From: Paraspadella gotoi
Taxonomy: Eukaryota > Animalia > Chaetognatha
Direction: 5' to 3'
DNA length: 64,000 nucleotides
NCBI GenBank assembly: GCA_051294375.1
Contig: CM119264.1
Coordinates: forward strand, 15,907,245 to 15,971,244
The position numbers and the translations under genes are program-made. Below, in pieces: positions 37,901 through 49,900 of this stretch (its first letter is position 1; each line of letters begins with the position of its first letter). A model generated the notes under the pieces. It did not search any database. It was not told the DNA's origin and was given only the letters and a program-made list of their open reading frames with translations.

Positions 37901-40900
37901 TCTTTCTCTGTGCCGGTTAATCCACACGGTCACTTGGCCCTATTGATTTGTCCGGTCAATCTAAGCTCATTGTCAAAGCTAGGGCAGAATAATGCAAATA
38001 CAACAATGCAATGCAAACTTGATGGGTATTGAAGGCGTGAGGAAATATAGGGAAAAAATCATATATTTCGCGAAGACCAGAAACTAGAGAATGTATCGCG
38101 AGACATAATATACTGAGGGGCAGGTGGAGGAGGAAAGAAGAGGAACTCACCTGCGGATCTGCCTCGTTTTTCTCCTTGAATGTTATCGGACGGGTCTCCG
38201 GAAAAACATTCATGATTCTTCGGACTTGGGTCCGGGATGGAAGGCGACGAATGTTTTGTACCCCTTGCTCTCCAACACTGAGGTCCCCTCGTTTGGATCG
38301 ATGCGATGTCAGTGGTACACGGACGGTAGAATCATTGCCAAATCGCGAATGATCAATAGAGAAGCTAAGGTGTTGCATACGCTTTCTCTGTAGCTTTGAT
38401 AACCCCTTCGGTCGATCCACCAAAAATTGGTATACGTCTATAGAAACATCGTCGCGATCGCGAGTTCTGGAACATTTATAAACGTGAATTTTCATTATAG
38501 TGTAACCTACAGACTCGACTTAAGATAGAGCCAAACTTCGTCAATGGGGTGGGTCAGAAGTTTGATTTGAGAACCTTTCCAAATGAAACTTCATACATTT
38601 CTGAGAAAACTTTCAATGGAGCAAAATTTTCTAAAATGGCAAGAAGCATTAGTAATTAATTTTTTAATATTTTTTTATAGATAGGAAATGTCAAAAATTT
38701 TTTTTTGAATTTTTTATTATTAAAAGCAGATTCAAATAGCTTATGAAAAGTTATCTACGCAAAGTATAATTCTTTTTTCAATATTTTGATGATAAGTGGG
38801 TTAAAATTGAGAAAAACCTTAAAAAATCATCATCATCATCCGATGATTTTAGCAGTTTTTACTAATTTTTAGTAATAAAACATCAAAATCTTAAAAAGTT
38901 GTAATTATATTTTTTGCTTAACTTTTTCAGCTCTATCAGAATCAATTAAAAAAACTTAACATATCCAAAAAAAAATTTTTGACATTATATAGCAATATAA
39001 TAATATTAAATAGCGAATTACTCATGGTTCGGAACATTTTTGCAAAAAAATATTTTAACACAATAATTAATACCAATAATGGATTAGTTTAATGCTGTTC
39101 CCATTAAAATTTGAATTTGGTCGGCTACCGCTACGTTAAGAGATAGTTTTGATATTAAAAATTAAGATCATTTATGTCACATTTCATGTTCATGATGACC
39201 AAAAATAAAATTGTCATTACCTGTTAAACCAATTGATTTCACCCGAGACACCAGTAAAATTAGTAAAGTTCAAGAGGCCCTGAAATTCTTGGTAAACTCG
39301 GAGAGTGTGTAATTCATTGATTGAGGATGCATTCATTTTGTCGAGTGCCTGGGCGTACATCCAGACCGCATCATAGGCGTACTAAAGAAAAAAAAAGTTT
39401 TTATTAATTTAAAAGATTAGGTTTCTTATGATATTACCTTAAGGGGACCCAGTGATAAAAATGATATCATAAGCTTAAGGGTCTATCATTAAAGGAATTC
39501 GAATGGTGATAGTCATTAATTTTTCTTCGCACAGAAAAGTGGAGAAAAAATTCCCATCTCCTAGTAACAAGGCAAACAAGGACGAGATAATTATAAGAAA
39601 AATTTTTTATGTATCTCCCTTAAATACTGATTCCCTCCATTCTCTTTCTTTCACTTGGGAAGTCAATTTTCCATATATTTTAAATTTTTATTTTTTAATG
39701 CAGAAAGCTGATATCATGCATCTGGGCCTCCTTTAATAAAGGAATTTAAACAGTGATATGATTTTCTTCATATATGTACAGGAAAGTACAGAAAAAAACC
39801 CTCAAATCCTACTTCTTAAGGCCAGGGATCACAACCTAATATTGTAGAAATCTTAATTTACTGTATCTTAACGGGTTGTATGGCTTTGACATTACGGCCT
39901 TATCGCAAGACTGCAAGAGTCGAAACGTATCTCGCGTTCTATTTCCTTCCACTTCTTAGTTCTCAATGTCCTTTATTGGTTGGCTGTTTCTTACTTCGAT
40001 GAAAAGATAACTGGCGTAAGATTGACATTAGTTGCCTTTAATTACTCTGACCTGATGGGAAAAAGTTGAGATATTGATTAATTCGAATTAAAAAGTAATC
40101 TAATTAATTAATTTTTGATTCATTTATTTATTTTTTGCATTTGAATTTAACAAATCATAAAGGTGCAGCAGATAATGAATAACAAAGATGAATAATAAAT
40201 TGCATCAGGTAAGTTAAAATGAAAAAAAATGCAGTTAGATTTTATTTGAACATGTTTTATTTCTCTCTATTAACCCACCTTAAGAAAGAATTTACTTACT
40301 CTGCCATAATATTTATTTCGCATGCTGAGTTACGAATACTTTTTTTACAAACCAATCTTACTACAACCTGATAAAAAATGATCTTCTCTGCTTTTCTCTA
40401 NNNNNNNNNNNNNNNNNNNNNNNNNGAGGAGGGCTGAATCGGATGAAAAGAAAAAGAACAGCATTAGAGGAAAATACTTAAGGTTTTTTCTATTTTGGCC
40501 AATATTTTTCATATATTGTAATCACCTGTATTGACATAGAGCTTTCTAAACTAAATTCATATTTAGGATTATAGTGGGCATCAACTTTTTTATTATGTGG
40601 CTCGTCGTTTGCTCTGTCTCGCCTACAGAGAGAAATGACGATGGAGCATGGATATCAGTGGTTTCTCCCGGGTTGGTATCCAATTAGACTGGTGGAACAC
40701 AACTAAATATAAAACGACTTCACTCATGGACCTAGCAGGCAAGTTTCGTTTTTTATATGGGTATAAATGTTTTTCTAAGCAAAGATATCAAATAATGGAC
40801 TAGTATGGCAACGGGGGACTATGTGTGATGCCTGGGGTGTGAGGCATCTCCCGACAGCTGGGCGCTCAGGGCTTTGACCTGCAGTGACCACCCAAGTCAC

Positions 40901-43900
40901 TGGCGTGTTTATGCCGACACCATCACACTTAACCAGCGTGACCGTGGGGGAATTGAACCCGGAATCATGGTTGGTGAACGAGTACTTGGCTGTCCAAGCC
41001 AATGGGACAAGCTGAGTTTCACCAAGCATACAGGAGGCGAATTCGGATTCGCCACACTAGCTTTTAAAGGGCATTGTCGTCAGCCTCACACTTACAGAAT
41101 CACAAGCATTATTTTAATATTGATCCTGAGCCAACTTATCAATGAAAAACATTCATAAGTATTTCACATGGCCTGAATTGTGATTTCGTTGTGTGTTACC
41201 CATTTTTTAACTGATCCTTGCCTATTGTTTTCGAAAATTCTTTGATTTTTTTATGTCTGCTGGCTCGCGGTGTCACAGCATTCACGCCACTATTGTTGTT
41301 TGAACTTGTAAAAAGTTGGTTCATCAACAATTAGGTTTTATATCCATCCAGAAATCGCAACCGCAAAGGGAGGAAACATGTACAGAGGAGGAAATGTTAA
41401 AGGCGATCAATGGATATATGTTTCTCGACTACAATACGACACAAACCAGTCGATCGGACGATGACACGGTGACCGTTGACGGAAATCCACGGAGTTTGTG
41501 GTGGCGGCGATACAATGCTACGGAACACGCAACATTTATGGCCAGGTATTTCATTTTTACGTCAGCTAATATTTGTGTGGAGGAAAAGAGCACAGTGATC
41601 CAAATGGCCAAATTTTCAGAAAAATCTTTTTTGGCAAAAACAACTTTTTCTCGTATGCTGATCATAGATTCTATATGTAATATACAATATGTAAAGTTCT
41701 TGTAAGGTTTAAATTGACTGATCCCTGGCCTTAAAGAAATCATTTATTAGGACTAAGCTCTGACGAAAAAGCCAGAGGTTTTTATCGTCGCAATCGCTTA
41801 GCGTTTGCGACAATATTTTAACGTTTTTGCTCATAAGTGCGTTGTCGGCGTTCCAAATTATAGATCGCCTTTTTATGATTAAATTGGGTGTATGAAGCTG
41901 AAAATTTATATACAGCTTCTCATCATCGATGTGCTTAAAATTGAGTCTGGACATTTTATAAATATGTTTTTTTACGTTTTATCATAACAAACAAATTTAT
42001 CTTTTTATTTTCATATTTCTTTCATTCTCTCTTTCTTTTTTTAATTACATGTCTCTCTCCTCTCTCTTTTCCCTCGTCACTGATTCATAAACAAAGGGAA
42101 AAAAACGAGTCTGCAGCTGGCTCTGCAGGGCGTATTCTTTTTCTCTCTTTTCTCCTGCTGCTTCTGCTGCTGCCCTTTGATTTCTTTATCTGCAGCTGGC
42201 TCTGCAGGGACTCTTTCTTTTTCTCTCTTTTTTACTGCTGCTTCTGCTGCTACCTTATTGATTTATTTTCTTTCTCTCTCTCTCTCTTTCTCTCTCTGAA
42301 TAATTTTTTCCCTCTAAAAACTTTTATTATCGCCATTTATTCCCAAATATACATCCGAGATTTTCGTGGACTTTTTTTCCTAAATATTCTAAATATCAAT
42401 CAGAATAATATTTTTTTCAATATATATTTATTACTTTATTATTTTTTTTTTACTTTATTTCATTTTACTTCACTTTAGTCTTTACTTCACTTCATCAGTC
42501 TGATTCAAGTTTCACTTTGTCTTTTGTCTGGGAATGTTGACAGTGTTTAGAGGTCGCATTCAATCAAACTGCTCGCTTATGCGGGCTAAAAGTTAAACAA
42601 AAGTACCTTCAATAATGTTTCTTCAGACTTAGCACTTGCTTAAAATTAAATTCGAAAATAAGTTATTTTAATGTTTTATATTTTTTTTTTGTTTTTGTTT
42701 ATAAATTAATTTTCTTTCTAAAATTTGATTTTTTGAGTGTCAAAATTTGTCGTCAATCCAGATTTTTCTTATGCGATGCGACGATCCTTATGCTTTTAAG
42801 ATTTTTTAATATATTCTTTTACCGGCCATGTAGAATGATGGCAATATTGCTATTGTTAAGTTCCAAAAAATCCGACTATAAATATAGAAAATATTTACCA
42901 TAATCTTCGGAAAATCCACACCTCACAGTGATCGAAATGAGGTTTTTTTCTCGGAAAAACTATGCCGATAGTGCAATTAGTTGGTTTTTAGTAGGTTGTT
43001 ATATTGTAAGTAGTTATATTTAAAAAACTTTATTCGTTACCTTATAAAATGCTAAAATTGTTTGTATGATTTTTTAAATTTGGTAAAAGAGAAAATAATT
43101 CTATCAAGGTTTTCTTTGATCGTTTTTTAAATTTTTTTAAGTAAAAACAGTAAGAGATAATTCTAAACACTAAATTTTGTATTGAATTAATCAAGTATCT
43201 AAATTTTTTTTAGTTTCCATCACAGCTTTCTAGTTTTAATATTATTTTAAATTTCCTTCCACAAAGATTTTTCATGGCCCAAAAATTAGGTGTCATCATA
43301 AAAACAATGCCAATAAAGACGACGACGACGACGACGCCACTTATGGGCAAAAGCGTTACAATATTGTCGCAAACGCTAAGCGATTGCGACGATAAAAATA
43401 ACAACAACAACAAATACGTATTTACATTGGCTAGAAAAGGTCAGCCATAACAAGGTCATTCTGTTTGGATATGAACGGTCATTCTTACTGACCACTATGG
43501 GTCACAAAGTACAAAGACTGCGTCGTCGTCTTCATTATTATATTCATCGTCGTCGTCGTCTTTGTTCGAATCATTTGAGTTCCCAAACTTTCTTCTTATG
43601 TCATTTTTTGATTTTTTGATAAAGAATAAGAATAAAGAAAGTAACAAGTTTGAGCAAACTATGCTGGATCTGCCCACAATCATTATCGGTAATTAATTAA
43701 TGTGGGTAGGAAAGTGTGGGATAACGCGGGAAATCAAGTTTTGATGGAATTGTCTGAGCGGAAATGATTTGAAATGGAAAAACCAAAAAACTTTTTATAT
43801 TAAATTTATATTAAATTTATATATTTATAATTTATAATTTAAACTTTTTATTTTAAATTTATAATTTATAATTAATCAGTTAATTAATCAATTATTTAAT

Positions 43901-46900
43901 AAAAAATAAATAATAATCAGTCAATTAATCAATCAATTAATTATTCAATCAATCAATTTATCTATCTATTAATTAATTATTCAATCAATCAATTATTTAT
44001 CAATCAATCTATTTATTTATCAATCAATCAATTTATTTATCAATCAATCAATTTATTTATCAATTAATTAATTATTCAATCAATCATTAATTAATTAGTT
44101 AATTGGTTGATTAATTGATTAAATGAATAATTAATTTTGACATTTACATAAATTAGTAAAAGTATGAGAGAAGGGAAACGCTCTTTATCTCTCCTAAAAT
44201 GCAATCTGTTATGAACGAGTCAAAGGAAACCGGAAAGATATTAAAGGGGTTATGATATCCTTGTTCGCTTAAGGTCCGGGATCACTCAATTCAAATTATA
44301 AATAGGCTAAAACCGAGCTCGGATTTCGAAAGGAGAACTCCTGACGATTCCGAAAATGTATTCACTTTATTAATTTTTCAAAGACGTTTATCGTTTTTTC
44401 GATTTTTTTTGTACTATATAAATAAAAGAAACCTATTTGAAGAGTTGCAGCCCAAACGGTAAGGCGGTTTCTCATGAAATTTGGCATGGATTACTTTTAG
44501 GTCACGAACTCCAATTCTATGAAAAGATACTTTCAAAATTTGCCTTCCTTCATAGAAAATTTAATTATTTTAGTCAATTTTTGGGATAAATTCCTTGATA
44601 TCTTTGAAACGAAAAACATTTTTCAAAAAACGCGCTCATAGAATCTCTCCACCTTTCTTTCTTGCCCAAGATATTTTTTTTCTTCAAAAAGAGTCCTGTG
44701 GTTTGAGCTTCAACTCTTCATTTTTAACTTCACTTCGTCAAGAAAGTTAAATTCTGTACTCATTACTTTTGCAAGATTCACCACAACATACACAAGCACG
44801 GGATGTGATGATGGAGTTTGTTCAACGCTGATGTCTTAAAAAAATAGCTTATTGTTTTTAATTTTTTTAATTCAGATTTGATTTTTTTTTCAGAGATTCC
44901 TAGAAAATAAGGCAACTATTTTATGATATAAACATTATATAAAGTAAAAAGTCAAATTGAAATAAATTCGATAAGTTTTTTAACTCATAAAACTCATAAA
45001 AGCATAAAAACCCATCTGAAAAATGTGTAGTAGTTTGTTTTTGATTTATTAGTGATACAACTCCAAGTATGTACTTGTACCAAAGGAAGAATTAAATATA
45101 AGAAGTAAAATTGAGCTTACTGTATAGAATCAGTTTTAAATTAAAAATTTAGTTGTAGAAATTTAGCTACATTTTAAAAAATATATTTTCTCTTGAAAAT
45201 CTAGTTTTACCGAAGAAAAAAATTGTTTAAATTTTTATGAACATTTTAGGTAGATTTTTAAAAGTTTTCGATTATTTTTTAATAGAAAACCTCTTACAAG
45301 ATGTAAAAATGATATTTTATATAGTACAAAAAAAATCGAAAAAACGATAACGTCTTTGAAAAATTAATAAAGTGAATACATTTTCGGAATCGTCAGGAGT
45401 TCTCCTTTCGAAATCCGAGCTCGGTTTTAGCCTAATTATAATTTGAATTGAGTGATCCCGGACCTTAAGCGAACAAGGATATCATAACCCCTTTAATATC
45501 TTTCCGGTTTCCTTTGACTCGTTCATAACAGATTGCATTTTAGGAGAGATAAAGAGCGTTTCCCTTCTTCTCATACTTTTACTAATTTATGTAAATGTCA
45601 AAATTAATTATTCATTTAATCAATTAATCAACCAATTAACTAATTAATTAATGATTGATTGAATAATTAATTAATTGATAAATAAATTGATTGATTGATA
45701 AATAAATTGATTGATTGATAAATAAATAGATTGATTGATAAATAATTGATTGATTGAATAATTAATTAATAGATAGATAAATTGATTGATTGAATAATTA
45801 ATTGATTGATTAATTGACTGATTATTTATTTATTATTTAATTAAATAATTGATTAATTAACTGATTAATTATAAATTATAAATTTAAAATAAAAAGTTTA
45901 AATTATAAATTATAAATATATAAATTTAATATAAATTTAATATAAAAAGTTTTTTGGTTTTTCCATTTCAAATCATTTCCGCTCAGACAATTCCATCAAA
46001 ACTTGATTTCCCGCGTTATCCCACACTTTCCTACCCACATTAATTAATTACCGATAATGATTGTGGGCAGATCCAGCATAGTTTGCTCAAACTTGTTACT
46101 TTCTTTATTCTTATTCTTTATCAAAAAATCAAAAAATGACATAAGAAGAAAGTTTGGGAACTCAAATGATTCGAACAAAGACGACGACGACGATGAATAT
46201 AATAATGAAGACGACGACGCAGTCTTTGTACTTTGTGACCATAGTGGTCAGTAAGAATGACCGTTCATACCAAACAGAATGACCTTGTTATGGCTGACCT
46301 TTTCTAGCCAATGTAAATACGTATTTGTTGTTGTTGTTATTTTTATCGTCGCAATCGCTTAGCGTTTGCGACAATATTGTAACGCTTTTGCCCATAAGTG
46401 GCGTCGTCGTCGTCGTCGTCTTTATTGGCATTGTTTTTATGATGACACCTAATTTTTGGGCCATGAAAAATCTTTGTGGAAGGAAATTTAAAATAATATT
46501 AAAACTAGAAAGCTGTGATGGAAACTAAAAAAAATTTAGATACTTGATTAATTCAATACAAAATTTAGTGTTTAGAATTATCTCTTACTGTTTTTACTTT
46601 AAAAAAATTTAAGAAACGATCAAAGAAAACCTTGATAGAATTATTTTCTCTTTTACCAAATTTAAAAAATCATACAAACATATTTAGCATTTTATAAGGT
46701 AACGAATAAAGTTTTTTAAATATAACTACTTACAATATAACAACCTACTAAAAACCAACTAATTGCACTATCGGCATAGTTTTTCCGAGAAAAAACCTCA
46801 TTTCGATCACTGTGAGGTGTGGATTTTCCGAAGATTATGGTAAATATTTTCTATATTTATAGTCGGATTTTTTGGAACTTAACAATAGCAATATTGCCAT

Positions 46901-49900
46901 CATTCTACATTGGCCGGTAAAAGAATATATTAAAAAATCTTAAAAGCATAAGGATCGTCGCAATCGCATAAGAAAAATCTGGATTGACGACAAATTTTGA
47001 CACTCAAAAAATCAAATTTTAGAAAGAAAATTAATTTATAAACAAAAACAAAAAAAAAATATAAAACATTAAAATAACTTATTTTCGAATTTAATTTTAA
47101 GCAAGTGCTAAGTCTGAAGAAACATTATTGAAGGTACTTTTGTTTAACTTTTAGCCCGCATAAGCGAGCAGTTTGATTGAATGCGACCTCTAAACACTGT
47201 CAACATTCCCAGACAAAAGACAAAGTGAAACTTGAATCAGACTGATGAAGTGAAGTAAAGACTAAAGTGAAGTAAAATGAAATAAAGTAAAAAAAAATAA
47301 TAAAGTAATAAATATATATTGAAAAAAAATATTATTCTGATTGATATTTAGAATATTTAGGAAAAAAAGTCCACGAAAATCTCGGATGTATATTTGGGAA
47401 TAAATGGCGATAATAAAAGTTTTTAGAGGGAAAAAATTATTCAGAGAGAGAAAGAGAGAGAGAGAGAAAGAAATAAATCAAAAGGTAGCAGCAGAAGCAG
47501 CAGTAAAAAAGAGAGAAAAAGAAAGAGTCCCTGCAGAGCCAGCTGCAGATAAAGAAATCAAAGGGCAGCAGCAGAAGCAGCAGGAGAAAAGAGAGAAAAA
47601 GAATACGCCCCTGCAGAGCCAGCTGCAGACTCGTTTTTTCCCCTTTGTTTATGAATCAGTGACGAGGGAAAAGAGAGAGGGAGAGAGACATGTAATTAAA
47701 AAAGAAAAGAGAGAATGAAAGAAATATGAAAATAAAAAAGATAAAATTTGTTTGTTATGATAAAACGTAAAAAAAACATATTTAATAACTGTCCAGACTC
47801 AATTTTAAGCACATCGATGATGAGAAGCTGTATATAAATTTTCAGCTTCATACACCCAAATTTAATCATAAAAAAGGCGATCTATAATTTGGAACGCCGA
47901 CAACGCCACTTATGAGCAAAAACGTTAAAATATTGTCGCAAACGCTAAGCGATTGCGACGATAAAAAACCTCTGGCTTTTTTCGTCAGAGCTTAGTCCTA
48001 ATAAATGATTTCTTTAAGGCCAGGGATCAGTCAATTTAAACCTTACAAGAACTTTACATATTGTATATTACATATAGAATCTATGATCAGCATACGAGAA
48101 AAAGTTGTTTTTGCCAAAAAAGATTTTTCTGAAAATTTGGGCCATTTGGATCACTGTGCTCTTTTCCTCCACACAAATATTAGCTGACGTAAAAATGAAA
48201 TACCTGGCCATAAATGGTTGCGTGTTCCGTAGCATTGTATCGCCGCCACCACAAACTCCGTGGATTTCCGTCAACGGTCACCGTGTCATCGTCCGATCGA
48301 CTGGTTTGTGTCGTATTGTAGTCGAGAAACATATATCCATTGATCGCCTTTAACATTTCCTCCTCTGTACATGTTTCCTCCCCTTTGCGGTTGCGATTTC
48401 TGGATGGATATAAAACCTAATTGTTGATGAACCAACTTTTTACAAGTTCAAACAACAATAGTGGCGTGAATGCTGTGACACCGCGAGCCAGCAGACATAA
48501 AAAAATCAAAGAATTTTCGAAAACAATAGGCCAAGGATCAGTTAAAAAATGGGTAACACACAACGAAATCACAATTCAGGCCATGTGAAATACTTATGAA
48601 TGTTTTTCATTTGATAAGTTGGCTCAGGATCAATATTAAAATAATGCTTGTGATTCTGTAAGTGTGAGGCTGACGACAATGCCCTTTAAAAGCTAGTGTG
48701 GCGAATCCGAGATTCGCCTCCTGTATAGCTTGGTGAAACTCAGCTTGTCCCATTGGCTTGGACAGCCAAGTACTCGTTCACCAACCATGAGTTCCGGGTT
48801 CAATCCCCTCACGGTCACGCTGGTTAAAGTGTGATGGTGTCGGCATAAACACGCCAGTGACTTGGGGTGGTCACTGCAGGTCCAAAGCCCTGAGCGCCAG
48901 CTGTCGGGAGATGCCTCACACCCCAGGCATCACACATGTCCCTCCGTTGCCATACTAGTCCATTATTTGATATCTTTGCTTAGAAAAACATTTAATACCC
49001 ATAATAAAAACGAAAACTTGCCTGCTAGGTCCATGAGTGAAGTCGTCTTTATATTTAGTTGTGTTCCACCAGTCTATTGGATACCAACCCGGGAGAAACC
49101 ACTGATATCCATGCTCCATCGTCATTTTCTCTCTGTAGGCGAGACAGAGCAAACGACGAGCCACATAATCAAAAAAGTTGATGCCCACTATAATCCTAAA
49201 TATGAATTTAGTTTAGAAAGCTCTATGTCAATACAGGTGATTACAATATATGAAAAATATTGGCCAAAATAGAAAAAACCTTAAGTATTTTCCTCTAATG
49301 CTGTTCTTTTTCTTTTCATCCGATTCAGCGCCTCCTCCAAAAGCATTTACTGACTCTTTTGTCCTGTTCCCAAAAATCTCGAGAATATGGACATCGGAGG
49401 CTTCAGTCAGTGGAAAGTGATAAATGTCCCCTCGTTTTTCTTTTAATTGAGAAATAAATCGGTCCTGCAACAGACGGGTATTTACAAATAATTACATATG
49501 ATGATAATTAAAATTGATCACGAGAACTTACTTGAAAACTCTTGTGCTCCTTATCCTGCATGGTTATAACAGCAGCTTGGTTCCAGCTCCACTTGCGAAA
49601 AATCTCGATATAGGCATGTGGAAGCGATTGCGCCGATGGCACGAGGCGGTAAAAGTTGGTCACTTTCTTGTCGAGCTTGTCCTTCTGAGTGAGCGTGCCA
49701 CCCTCTGAGGCATAGCTGATGATGATCCAGTCGAGCTGTTTGGTTACATCCTTTATACCCTCGGCAGTTTCAGAACACCCAGGTCCCACGATCCCCGCAA
49801 TCTTTTTTCGCCTGGACTCGTCAACATAAATGCTGATAAATTCCTTAACTGCAGTGTCCGTGAGGCACTTGGTGTCTATTACTAGCAGTTCTAAGTCCGC

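Noticed and set aside
39895-39935. Additional hammerhead (GACT...AGTCGAAACG)
   Set aside because: The CUGANGA box is missing; at most a decayed remnant.
40426-41560. Second, plus-strand VKR paralogue (ORF 41316-41705)
   Set aside because: Near-identical inverted copy with frameshifting indels, bounded by a gap, and lacking the other exons.
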